From the IMG/VR virus record IMGVR_UViG_3300037863_000278, positions 1 through 24,647 of that record: 24,647 nt of DNA; one strand, given 5' to 3'. A program made the translations under genes and the position numbers. The notes below the pieces were generated by a model. That model saw only the letters and a list, made by a program, of their open reading frames with translations. It was not told the origin of the DNA and did no database searches. The stretch comes from a virus (Duplodnaviria > Caudoviricetes). Positions 15,856 to 24,476 of this stretch are shown piece by piece (within the stretch, counting starts at the first letter, position 1; each line of letters starts with the position of its first letter).

Positions 15856-17535
15856 TCATGCCGCCTCCCGGAATGCTTCGGGATCCGCGCCATGCACGAG
15901 GCTGCGGATGGCGGACTGGTTGAAGCGGAAGGAGATCAGCGCGGAGGCGTGGTAACGCGTCAGGCCATAATCCGAGCGATAGGCGACCGGCAGGAAAGCC
16001 AGCTGCTTATCCGTCGGCGGCTGGCGCAACCAACCACGGCTCTTGTGGGCGGACTCGTCGCTCTCATGGGTGTTGAGCCAGTCATCGGCGGCGGCAAGGC
16101 AGATGCTGCGCTCGCCGACCGCCAGGAGATGTGCCGGCTTCCGGGGCTGGCCACCAATGCCGTACCAGCGGCCGTTCAGGAAAAAGACACCCGCCCAGGC
16201 ATGGAAACCGATGGCAACGAGCGCGGCATCATCCCCGAAAATATCCACCCATTGGAAACTCGAACGCTTCAACAGATCGATTTCGGCCATGATGAACTGA
16301 CCGAGGGGCTCGGCTGGGTCACGCCCGGCACCTTCCCAGATGTGACCGCACAGCGGGCATTCGGTCACGGCCGCCGGGACGACAGCACCACATTCCGGAC
16401 ATTCCTTGGTGGGCGCGTCGCCGGTGGCCTGCTTGCCATCAAGATCGACATCCTGCTCGAGCGAACCATGGATCAGTGTCGAGGTGCCAAAGTCGAGGAC
16501 AATGCAGTCGGTTTTGACGATGCCTGGATAATCTTCCGGGTTCACTGTGCGCAGGCCGCGCCCGATCATCTGGATCATGGTCGATTTGAATGAGCTGGGG
16601 CGCAGCAGGATGACGCAGGAGGTCGGGGGATGATCCCAGCCTTCGGTCAAAACCGCGACATTGACGACCACCTGAAGGTCACCGGCATCATATGCCGCAA
16701 GGGTGGCACGCCGGGTCGCGTCATCAAGATCGCCATGCACGACGGCCGCGGCAATGCCGTTTGCATTGAAAGCGCCCGCCACGTTTTCGGCATGGCTGAC
16801 GGTCGAGCAGAACACCACGGTCTGGCGGTCACCAGCCTTCTCCCGCCAATGCGCGATAACCTGGTCGGTCACCGGCGCCTTGTTCATGATCGCATCGACT
16901 GCGCCCATGTCGAAATCGGCCGCCGTCTTGCGCACCTTGCCGAGATCTTCGCGAACGCCAACGTCGATCACGAAGGTACGCGGACGCACGAGATGCCCTG
17001 AGGCGATCAATTCGCCCATGCAGATCTGGTCGGCGACGTTGGTGAACACATCGCGCAGCCCTTTGCGGTCACCGCGATTGGGCGTGGCGGTGACACCGAA
17101 GATGCGCGCCATCGGATTGCGGTGCAGCACCTGGTCGATAATCCGCCGGTAGCTGTCGGCGACGGCGTGATGTGCCTCGTCGATCACCAGCAGGTCGACG
17201 GCCGGCATGGCGTCGAGATTGGCCGGCCGCGACAGGGTCGGCACCATCGCGAAAGTGACCTGGGCCTGCCAGTCTTTGCTGCTGGCATCGACAACGGAGG
17301 TCGACATGCCCGGATTGACCCGGGAGAATTTATCCCGGTTCTGATCGGTCAGTTCATCGCGGTGGGCAAGGACACAGGCTTTGGCGCGGCTGTCGCCGAT
17401 CATCTGACCCGCGACTGCGGACAGGATAACCGTCTTGCCGGTGCCGGTCGGCGCGACGCCGAGCGTGTTGCCGTGGGTGTCGAGCGCAGACAGGCTGCGC
17501 TCGACGAATAGGGATTGTCGGGGACGAAGGATCAT
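15856..17535 (-). CDS. SF2 DEAH-box helicase with C-terminal zinc ribbon (RadD/Irc3-like)
   Basis: LRPRQ, APTGTGKT, DEAHH, TATP, LTEGWD, QMIGRGLR and CPEC...CPLC. Confidence 0.93.
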   Translation of the reverse strand: MILRPRQSLFVERSLSALDTHGNTLGVAPTGTGKTVILSAVAGQMIGDSRAKACVLAHRDELTDQNRDKFSRVNPGMSTSVVDASSKDWQAQVTFAMVPTLSRPANLDAMPAVDLLVIDEAHHAVADSYRRIIDQVLHRNPMARIFGVTATPNRGDRKGLRDVFTNVADQICMGELIASGHLVRPRTFVIDVGVREDLGKVRKTAADFDMGAVDAIMNKAPVTDQVIAHWREKAGDRQTVVFCSTVSHAENVAGAFNANGIAAAVVHGDLDDATRRATLAAYDAGDLQVVVNVAVLTEGWDHPPTSCVILLRPSSFKSTMIQMIGRGLRTVNPEDYPGIVKTDCIVLDFGTSTLIHGSLEQDVDLDGKQATGDAPTKECPECGAVVPAAVTECPLCGHIWEGAGRDPAEPLGQFIMAEIDLLKRSSFQWVDIFGDDAALVAIGFHAWAGVFFLNGRWYGIGGQPRKPAHLLAVGERSICLAAADDWLNTHESDESAHKSRGWLRQPPTDKQLAFLPVAYRSDYGLTRYHASALISFRFNQSAIRSLVHGADPEAFREAA

Positions 17536-17545
17536 GGCTGCCTCC

Positions 17546-18121
17546 TCACTGAGCCCAGGCGGGGCGACCGCCGGTTGCGGGCGTGGCGGGGAACTGAGAC
17601 GACGCAGCCGCCGGTGTTGCCGCGACCGATCCCATCAGCGCCGCATATTCCCGGTGGTCCGGCGTGACAGCGGTGCGGATATCATTCTTGTCATCGCCAT
17701 TGCTGTCGGTGCCGACATCGATGCGGGCGATAAACTCCAGACCGTCGAGATCGCCAAAGCCGCTGATCCGGCGGGCCGCCTGTGCCTGGGGACTGTTGTC
17801 CTTGTCGGCAATTCCGCGCGCCGAGTTCAGGATGGCGCGGGTCAGCCCGCGGCCCATATTCGCCCAGTCAGGGCCCTTGGCGCTGTCGAGCCCGATCATG
17901 CCGAACACCTTGCGCTTGGCAAACGGGCCCTCAAGAACCGTGTACTCGATGTTCAGATAGACCGAGCCGGTAGTGCCGCGGGTGGCATAGCCGCCCGTCC
18001 AGCCCTGGCTGGGATCGTCATGGCCGCCCGGCCGGATGGTCACACGGACCTTGGCGAGCGTGCCCTTGGGGATGATGTTCGAGGTTTGTTTGGCGTCGTT
18101 AAAATCGTTCCAGCTACCCAT
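17546..18121 (-). CDS. Putative phage single-stranded DNA-binding protein (DUF669-like)
   Basis: IPKGT, YLNIEYTVLEGPFAKRKVF, and a low-complexity tail ending RPAWAQ; sits directly after the Sak4-like gene. Confidence 0.7.
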   Translation of the reverse strand: MGSWNDFNDAKQTSNIIPKGTLAKVRVTIRPGGHDDPSQGWTGGYATRGTTGSVYLNIEYTVLEGPFAKRKVFGMIGLDSAKGPDWANMGRGLTRAILNSARGIADKDNSPQAQAARRISGFGDLDGLEFIARIDVGTDSNGDDKNDIRTAVTPDHREYAALMGSVAATPAAASSQFPATPATGGRPAWAQ

Positions 18122-18141
18122 GATGGGGCTCCTTATCTTGA

Positions 18142-19020
18142 TCAGTTCTGAGGGGATTGGTTGGGGATGGCGTCGGCGGTCGGCAGATCGGGCAAGCCGA
18201 ATTCCAGCCGCTCGCTGGCAGGTGCGACCGGCCCGCGGATCTTGGCCATGAGCCGACCGAGGTGTGGTTCCTCGATGACGGCAAGACGGCCGGACCGGTC
18301 CTTGGCCGGATAGGCCCAGGGGTTGAGGGTTTGGCAGATGAAGGCACGCGACGCGGTGCCGGCCTCGTCCTTGACCTCAGCCATGGTCAGGACTTCATCG
18401 ACTATGCCCGGCAGTTCGAGGCCGGTCTTGGACCCATCGATCTGCGGCTGGAAAACCTTGCGATTAAAGTCGTCCAGCTTCTCGTCGAGGATGCCGACAA
18501 ACCAGACATTCTTCGTCCGGGTGTGCTGAAGGTGGGTCAGCCAGGCGATCATTTCCCGGCCGTGCAGGCCGTAAGCGCCGCGCATGTCGGGCTTGCCGGT
18601 CTTGTCGGAAAAGGCCTCGGGCTGGCCCTTGCACCACTGGAAGCACAGGCGCCCGGCAACCGTGATGGAGTCGATGAAGATCGTCTCGTAACGCTCGATC
18701 GCTGCGGCATCGCCGAACCGGGCGCAGACGGCATTGTAATGTGCCTGGCTGTAGACCTGGTCGTCGCGCAGCGCCGGGTTCGGCCCGCCGATGAACACGG
18801 CAAAGTCGCGGCACTCTTCCCAGGTGCGAGGACGGACGGTGTCGCCACCCCAGCCTTCGATGGCGAGGTCGCCTGCCTCGAGGTCGAAGAATAGGGTCCG
18901 GTCTGCATCCAGCGTCCACAGCAGGCTGGTCTTGCCAATGCCGGACTTGCCGAAGATCACGCCCTTGATGCCGCGGGCTTCTGCCAGCCGCTGATCGGCT
19001 GAAATAATCGGGAGAGACAT
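18142..19020 (-). CDS. AAA_24 / Sak4-like ATPase (ssDNA annealing)
   Basis: GKSGIGKT, DLEAG, IFIDSIT, ELPGIVDEV and AKDRSG. Confidence 0.88.
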   Translation of the reverse strand: MSLPIISADQRLAEARGIKGVIFGKSGIGKTSLLWTLDADRTLFFDLEAGDLAIEGWGGDTVRPRTWEECRDFAVFIGGPNPALRDDQVYSQAHYNAVCARFGDAAAIERYETIFIDSITVAGRLCFQWCKGQPEAFSDKTGKPDMRGAYGLHGREMIAWLTHLQHTRTKNVWFVGILDEKLDDFNRKVFQPQIDGSKTGLELPGIVDEVLTMAEVKDEAGTASRAFICQTLNPWAYPAKDRSGRLAVIEEPHLGRLMAKIRGPVAPASERLEFGLPDLPTADAIPNQSPQN

Positions 19021-19313
19021 CAGTCGATCTCCCGCGCACGGATCAGAACATCGACCACAACATCAGCACCCACAGCACCGGCCTTGCGGGCCCGGTCACA
19101 TAGGATGCGCAGCGCATCGCCCTTCTTGTAAATCTCACTGGCTTCGGCGTCGTAGGCGAGCTTGGCCTGCGCCAGCTCATCGAGCGTGGCGTTCTCGATA
19201 GGGAACACGGTGTCGGCAGCGCCAGGGCGCCCGGGGATGGAAATCGTGTCCGGCAGCCCACTCATGAACATGGTGGACTTGCGGAGTTTCTGGATCGCTT
19301 TGATGCGGTTCAT
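19020..19313 (-). CDS. Hypothetical protein
   Basis: Start at MNRIKAIQ with GAGGTG RBS, 97 aa; TGATG coupling to the ATPase gene. Confidence 0.7.
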   Translation of the reverse strand: MNRIKAIQKLRKSTMFMSGLPDTISIPGRPGAADTVFPIENATLDELAQAKLAYDAEASEIYKKGDALRILCDRARKAGAVGADVVVDVLIRAREID

Positions 19314-19323
19314 GGAAAGCACC

Positions 19324-19797
19324 TCAATTGCTGGAAAGGCGGAAAGTGGGTTTGCCCGCGCGGACAGTTCGAGCCTGTTCGAAGGCAACGCGGATGTGTT
19401 CAGGCCACGCGGTGTATTTGCGTTCGGGGACCTTGAAGCTGACATCGAGGTATTCAGCCGGGTTCTCGCCAGCTTCACGAATACGGGTGGTCAGTGCTTC
19501 GAGCCGGGCCTGATCCCAATCGATCTTCTTGGGCAGGTCCGCGACGATCGTCACATCGCCATCAGCGAAGCGGGTAGTTCCGAAGTCCTTGCCTGCAGAG
19601 CTGCGTTCCTGCTGGGCGCGGACCGCATATTTCAATGTCAGGGCTCCGTTCAGCCAGTCGCTGGCCGCTTTGGCCATGCGGAGCTGATCGTCGAAGTCCT
19701 GCTGAAGGTGAGCCAGAACGTCGGCCGGCAGAGCGACGATTTTGCCGATCGGCATCAGCACGAAATCGTCCAGCGTGATGTGGTTGGGGATGGTCAT
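19324..19797 (-). CDS. Conserved phage early protein (coiled coil; possibly Gp157/Gam-like)
   Basis: MTIPNHITLD...PKKIDWDQARL...KVPERKYTAWP...ARTVRAGKPTFRL; GAGG RBS. Alternative starts at 19806 and 19812. Confidence 0.75.
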   Translation of the reverse strand: MTIPNHITLDDFVLMPIGKIVALPADVLAHLQQDFDDQLRMAKAASDWLNGALTLKYAVRAQQERSSAGKDFGTTRFADGDVTIVADLPKKIDWDQARLEALTTRIREAGENPAEYLDVSFKVPERKYTAWPEHIRVAFEQARTVRAGKPTFRLSSN

Positions 19798-19808
19798 CGG
19801 GGTCATCC

Positions 19809-20018
19809 TCACGCCGCTGCCGGCGCATCAGCGCGGGCAGTGTTGTGGCGGGACTGGGCGGCTTCGAACGCCTCGATGTCTTCGAGGCGGTAAACGACGC
19901 GCCCGCCGAGCTTGATGAATTGCGGGCCTTCGCCCGTCCACCGCCAGCGCTCGAGCGTGCGGTGGGAAAGGTTCCAGCGAGCGGCAAGCTCGATCTGGGA
20001 TAGGTGTCTGGTAGCCAT
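19809..20018 (-). CDS. AlpA/excisionase-like winged-HTH protein
   Basis: HLSQIELAARWNLSHRTLERWRWTGEGPQFIKLGGRVVYRLEDIEAFE; AAGGAG RBS. Confidence 0.92.
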   Translation of the reverse strand: MATRHLSQIELAARWNLSHRTLERWRWTGEGPQFIKLGGRVVYRLEDIEAFEAAQSRHNTARADAPAAA

Positions 20019-20055
20019 TGGCGTCTCCTTGGGTTGGGTTCGAAAACCTGAGGAG

Positions 20056-20112
20056 ACATTGGCGCCAGCGGAGGTAGGAGCCCGGAAGGAGCGAGGTAGG
20101 GCTCAGGGTAGG
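20056..20112 (-). promoter_or_regulatory. Four phased direct repeats (CCTACC/CCTTCC) and a -10-like element; putative activator-dependent promoter
   Basis: Plus-strand GG(T/A)AGG at 20073, 20084, 20095 and 20107 (spacing 11, 11, 12). CAATGT lies 11 nt downstream on the minus strand; no TTGAC -35. Confidence 0.6.
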
Positions 20113-20138
20113 AATCAGCTATTGAGCGCGCCGGACAC

Positions 20139-20162
20139 AAAAAAGCTGCCCGAAGGCGGCTT
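20139..20162 (-). terminator. Intrinsic terminator after the two-gene operon
   Basis: Minus strand AAGCCGCC-TTCG-GGCAGC-TTTTTT: cUUCGg loop, one mismatch, U6 tract. Confidence 0.75.
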
Positions 20163-20185
20163 GCATTGCAGGATTATGGCGCCGG

Positions 20186-21118
20186 TCAGCACTGGATCCA
20201 GCAGCGTCCACTCTCGACCTTGATGAATTCCTTCCAATCCTTGCGGCCAGAAAAGGCCTTGGTCAGCGTGTTCACGCTATTGGAGCATTCGGCCGCCTCT
20301 AGCACCGCGTCGGTCAGGCATTCGGGCGCACCATTTTCCCACGCTTCATAGAGGTAGCGGATGATGGCCCTCTGCTTCGGGCCGGTGAATACATATCGCT
20401 TGCCACGAACCGCGATCGACCCGCCGTCTGCGGACATGGAAATCGGTGCGTCGGACTTTGACGCCCCGATGGAAACGCGGGCTGCCAACAACGAAGGATC
20501 GACGGCAACGCCGGCGGCGTGGTCAGCCACATCGCCGACGCTGATGATTTCATGACCCTCGAACATCTGCTTTGGCAGGCGAGCCGCCGGTGTCGTGCTC
20601 AGCACAATTCGAAGCCCCGGTGCCGGGCGCAAACGCGTGGCTGCCATAAAGGCCTCCCAGACACCCGGATCGGACAGACGCCGGGCAGCCCACAGAGGTA
20701 CGGGCTTGCTGCGACCGGGTAAACGGACATTGCCGATTTCCCAGATAGCGTCAGGCACCAGCGCAATAGGCTCGGCCCCGCCCACGATTTCCAGCTGCGT
20801 CAACATCCGGGCCAGCAGCACCGGCAGGTTGACGCCTAACACGAGCAGACTGTCTGCCGGAACCGACACCCAGGTCGCCGCCGGGCTGTAGTAGCCGTAT
20901 CCTCCATGTTCGCTGGACCAGTTCAGGCGAATAGGCTCATCGTCATGGTCGAGTGACAGGGGCGCCGCGAGGGTGTCCCCCTGCGGTGCCAGCAATTTGG
21001 CCTCTACCAACTGCTTTTCCTGTCTGGGATGAAAGTCGCGCAGCATCGATCCCGCAATCTTCGCACCGGGCGTTTCCGCAATCGACAGTAGCAATCGGGC
21101 AGATGCCTGATCAATCAT
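20186..21118 (-). CDS. Uncharacterised protein with C-terminal OmpR/PhoB-like winged helix; putative activator
   Basis: Start at MIDQASAR (8-nt overlap with the upstream gene), 310 aa. The last ~85 aa show a beta-sheet, TGPKQRAIIRYL helix, two more helices and a terminal beta-hairpin. The fold call is by eye. Confidence 0.65.
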   Translation of the reverse strand: MIDQASARLLLSIAETPGAKIAGSMLRDFHPRQEKQLVEAKLLAPQGDTLAAPLSLDHDDEPIRLNWSSEHGGYGYYSPAATWVSVPADSLLVLGVNLPVLLARMLTQLEIVGGAEPIALVPDAIWEIGNVRLPGRSKPVPLWAARRLSDPGVWEAFMAATRLRPAPGLRIVLSTTPAARLPKQMFEGHEIISVGDVADHAAGVAVDPSLLAARVSIGASKSDAPISMSADGGSIAVRGKRYVFTGPKQRAIIRYLYEAWENGAPECLTDAVLEAAECSNSVNTLTKAFSGRKDWKEFIKVESGRCWIQC

Positions 21119-22292
21119 CGCTGCCAGTGTCCCCGGACAGGATGCCCCAACGGCGCAGGTACTTTTCACCGATCAACTGCTCTTCCGGGGTCAGGTCCTT
21201 GAGATTGCAGCCGTGCGGCATCGTGATCGTCAGAGACAGAACGCGCCCACGCCGCGCATCTCCCTTGGGAAGGAAGGCGATGGTGAGCTTCGCCTGCGTT
21301 ACCACCCAGCCGCCGAGAAGCGGACTACGGTCGCCGAAATGGCCCGCAGCCATCTCCCAGATGGTCTCCTCGCTGCCGCGCATGCATTCCAGCGTCACGC
21401 GCTGGCCCTGATTGTCCATCGGCATCAGGCGCAGCTGCTTCAAGGTCACGGACTCGATTCCGTCGGCAGCATCCCGGGGGAAAGCATGGTGCTGTTGAAG
21501 CGGGCTCAGATCATAATTGCGGGACGGCAGTTTCTCGCTGGTGAACTCGATCTGGAGCAGATCACGCACCATGATCCGCGCCATGGCTTCACGGCTCTTG
21601 CTGTCGTTGGCCACCACTTCAACGACGCCGGTAGCAGGTTCATAGGTCAGCGCGGCCTCAAACACCGGGCTGCGCACGCGGCGAACCAGATCGCCTGCGT
21701 CAAATTCCAACACATCATCCGGCAAGCCTTCGCGGTAGACGGCGATCTGGATCAGTTCACAATCGTCGCCGTCAAAGGTCGGGCGGCGGCGGTCGAAGAT
21801 GTCGACATGGATATTGGGTGACGCAAAACATTCGCGAAGCGCCGCCTTGAAGGCTTCGAGAGCAGTAGGGTCTTTGCTCAGCGGCTGGTCGGCAGCGACA
21901 ATGAAGCCAGCCCATGAACGCCCACGACGGCGCTCGTCGGTGTAGCGGACCTCTTCGGCCCGGCGGAAGCTGTCAGGCTGGTTGAGAAATATCCAGAACG
22001 CCCGATCATGCGCACCGCCCAGTGTGTCGAGAAATGCCTTGTCTTCGGCGACGCCATAGAGCGCGATCTGGCCGACCTCGGTGACCAGATCACCAATCCG
22101 ACCGGCATCGAGCGCAAGGCGGGCCTTGTCGATCTCGGTCAATTCATCAACCGCCTTCAGCAGTGGCGGCACGATTTCCGGATCAGGGACAGCCCAGTCG
22201 ATATTTGCAGGCAGGCCAATTCCGCAGTGCTCAAAATAGGCGCGCAGCGTGGTGGTAGAGGTTTTGCGAATGACGGTGGCAATCGAGGTCAT
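21111..22292 (-). CDS. Uncharacterised 393-aa prophage protein
   Basis: Long ORF with AAGGAG RBS and its own promoter; no catalytic motif recognised. Confidence 0.85.
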   Translation of the reverse strand: MTSIATVIRKTSTTTLRAYFEHCGIGLPANIDWAVPDPEIVPPLLKAVDELTEIDKARLALDAGRIGDLVTEVGQIALYGVAEDKAFLDTLGGAHDRAFWIFLNQPDSFRRAEEVRYTDERRRGRSWAGFIVAADQPLSKDPTALEAFKAALRECFASPNIHVDIFDRRRPTFDGDDCELIQIAVYREGLPDDVLEFDAGDLVRRVRSPVFEAALTYEPATGVVEVVANDSKSREAMARIMVRDLLQIEFTSEKLPSRNYDLSPLQQHHAFPRDAADGIESVTLKQLRLMPMDNQGQRVTLECMRGSEETIWEMAAGHFGDRSPLLGGWVVTQAKLTIAFLPKGDARRGRVLSLTITMPHGCNLKDLTPEEQLIGEKYLRRWGILSGDTGSDD

Positions 22293-22331
22293 GGGGACTC
22301 CTTGGATAGAATCAGGCGCGGGTGCACGTCG

Positions 22332-22397
22332 ATCTGCTAAAGAGCGTATTAACGCATCCGTGGCGGGTCAATCGAAAATATACGCAGATTAGCGGAT
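22332..22397 (-). promoter_or_regulatory. Promoter TTGACC-N17-TACGCT with two palindromic operators
   Basis: -35 at 22366-22371 and -10 at 22343-22348. Operators TACGC-tcttta-GCAGA (over the -10) and TCCGC-taatct-GCGTA (upstream of the -35). Confidence 0.75.
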
Positions 22398-22407
22398 TTG
22401 CTGTGGA

Positions 22408-23124
22408 CTATCCGAACAGGCAGCCTTGTCTGTCAGATTCGCCGAGCAGTTTGAGCACCTTGAGCCTGACCTCGGCCGCTTCCTCCGATACCTGAAAGGT
22501 CTCCACCACCGCGCCGATGATCTGCCGACCATGGTCCGAGCGGACTGCCACGGCGGCGTGGAGGTCGCGCGCCTGGCAGTAATCTGACACCAAATGGCGA
22601 ATCGAACTGACCGGCATCAGGATCGCACCGCTGACATAACCGGCCTGCCACTCCATCCAGTCGTAGTTTGCGGCTTGAATGATCGTGTCGCGCTTGCAGA
22701 TCGCCTTGTTCTCGCGGCTTCCGCGGTCGAAAAGCTGACCAGCCTGAAACTTGCCAGCCCACAGATAGCGGTGGAAATGCACATGGCCGAACTCATGCGC
22801 CAATGTGGTGCGCAGACGGTTCTCGCGGCGGGGATTATTCGCCAGCCTGTCCGAAATCGAGACTTCAGGGTCGCCATCAGGATGAAACGCCGTGACACCT
22901 TCAACATCATCGCCGTAAATCGTCAGGTCGGCGCAGGAATCCAGGCTGGCGTCGTTCTGTTCGATCAGCAGATGTAGCTCGTCCGTGGTGATCCGGGGGC
23001 GCGGATCCTGATTGCGTTTGCGATGCAGAGCCCTGACCAGCCGCTCACACTCGCGATCCAGTTCATCGTTCGTGTAATACGGCCGCTCAGCAAATCGGCC
23101 CTTCTGATCGGGGATCATCCTCAT
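22408..23124 (-). CDS. ImmA/IrrE-family metallopeptidase (anti-repressor)
   Basis: RLRTTLAHEFGH (HExxH), EWQAGYVSGAILMP and FQVSEEAAEVRL; directly downstream of the XRE gene. Confidence 0.9.
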   Translation of the reverse strand: MRMIPDQKGRFAERPYYTNDELDRECERLVRALHRKRNQDPRPRITTDELHLLIEQNDASLDSCADLTIYGDDVEGVTAFHPDGDPEVSISDRLANNPRRENRLRTTLAHEFGHVHFHRYLWAGKFQAGQLFDRGSRENKAICKRDTIIQAANYDWMEWQAGYVSGAILMPVSSIRHLVSDYCQARDLHAAVAVRSDHGRQIIGAVVETFQVSEEAAEVRLKVLKLLGESDRQGCLFG

Positions 23125-23137
23125 CGCCGTCGTCCGG

Positions 23138-23464
23138 TCAATCAGTGATGGCGCGTCGGAAGTTGACGAAGGCCGCAGCCGCTTTGGCTGGGTCGTTCAG
23201 CTTGCTACGCAGGTCATCTGGGAACTTGCCCGCTGTCAGAAACAGCACGCCCTCGTCGATGTTCAGCACCGTCGCGAACTGCCGGATCAGATGATCCGAT
23301 GTGGGGCTCCGCCGATCATGCTCAATATCATTGAGGTACTGCGGCGAGATCGCTGTGCCATCTTCCTCTTTCATGATCAGCGCCGCCAATTCTTTCTGGC
23401 TAAGGGCCATGGCCTTCCTGCCCTTGGAAATCTGCCGCCCAAAAGTCATGTTGTCAGTGGTCAT
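23138..23464 (-). CDS. XRE-family HTH repressor (ImmR-like, no S24 autoprotease domain)
   Basis: FGRQISKGRKAMALSQKELAA...ISPQYLNDIEHDRRSP; 108 aa from ATG 23464 (alternative starts possible). Confidence 0.9.
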   Translation of the reverse strand: MTTDNMTFGRQISKGRKAMALSQKELAALIMKEEDGTAISPQYLNDIEHDRRSPTSDHLIRQFATVLNIDEGVLFLTAGKFPDDLRSKLNDPAKAAAAFVNFRRAITD

Positions 23465-23497
23465 CGGTTCTTCATGGCTTGGGCCAACCCTTAAAAT

Positions 23498-23544
23498 CAC
23501 GCATCTATGCGGATTAGCGTAGTGGCGGCGGCTACAGGGGTCAA
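23498..23544 (-). promoter_or_regulatory. Repressor-operon promoter TTGACC-N17-TACGCT with two overlapping operators
   Basis: -35 at 23539-23544 and -10 at 23516-23521. Operators TACGC-taatcc-GCATA and TCCGC-atagat-GCGTG. Confidence 0.75.
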
Positions 23545-23796
23545 GAACGCGTTGGCGCGACCACTCGATCCCTTCATGATCGGCAGGAACAGAAACCCGG
23601 TTCGCCGGTCGTCACCGCGAATCAAATTGCGCAGGTTTTCGCAAGGTTTCAGGCCGCTGTTCGGAAGGCTCGCACGTCGCCAGCGCAGCAATGCTCACGA
23701 TTTCGCGCGGCTACGACAACCATATGATAATGCTTGTTTATATGGAGATCGCGCGCTTACCGTCTCGGCAATCAACCTCTATTGCGAACGGTCTCC

Positions 23797-24015
23797 ATGC
23801 CCACCCAGACATCCAGGTCAAATGGCCTTTGCCCATCCAAAATGACAACCGAAGCCCGGCTGTCCGAGTTGGGCCGGATCCTGGCCGCTGGCGTGCTCCG
23901 CCTACGCGAACAGTCCAGTCCTTTATCTGCAGATTGGGGAGATAGTTCGCTCGCTATCCCGCCCGCCAAGAGCGTCAGTCGTCCCGGGCGCAAGGCCCGC
24001 AACGGAGGACGATGA
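23797..24015 (+). CDS. Small hypothetical protein upstream of DUF2924
   Basis: 72 aa, MPTQ...MTTEARLSELGRILAAGVLRLR; ATGA overlap with the next gene. Confidence 0.6.
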   Translation: MPTQTSRSNGLCPSKMTTEARLSELGRILAAGVLRLREQSSPLSADWGDSSLAIPPAKSVSRPGRKARNGGR

Positions 24016-24476
24016 TAATGCACAAACATGATGATGCTCAGGTGCTGGCCAGGCTGGCGGCGCTGAAGGCAATGACGGTCGGGGAACTGAAGGCCGAATG
24101 GCAAACCCTGATGCGATCCACGGCGCCAAACAACAGCCGGTCGTTTCTGGAACAGAGGCTGGCCTACCGCATTCAGGAACTTACCTGGGGCGGGCCTTCA
24201 AAGCCGGTCACCCGGCTGCTCGACGCATTGGCCGATGAGGTCGAGGGCAAGAAGGTTCGGAAATCGGTGATCAGCGATACGCGTAACCCGGTAATCGGCA
24301 CACGGCTGGTGCGTGAGTGGGATGGCGCCGAGCACGTCATCACCGTGCTCAAAGATGGGTTCGACTGGCAGGGCCGGCGGTACAAGTCGCTGTCAGCGGT
24401 TGCCCGCGATATCACTGGCACCCGCTGGAACGGATACCGCTTCTTTGGCCTGCGGGAACGGAAGGAAGCCGCATGA
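24012..24476 (+). CDS. DUF2924 domain protein
   Basis: [23 protein letters not shown] and [24 protein letters not shown]; GGAGG RBS. Confidence 0.9.
   Translation: MIMHKHDDAQVLARLAALKAMTVGELKAEWQTLMRSTAPNNSRSFLEQRLAYRIQELTWGGPSKPVTRLLDALADEVEGKKVRKSVISDTRNPVIGTRLVREWDGAEHVITVLKDGFDWQGRRYKSLSAVARDITGTRWNGYRFFGLRERKEAA

Noticed and set aside
23700-23790. CCATAT...ATATGG inverted repeat as a possible att site or recombinase promoter
   Set aside because: The arms are only 6 bp, phage genes lie on both sides so it is not a prophage boundary, and no convincing -35/-10 pair is present.
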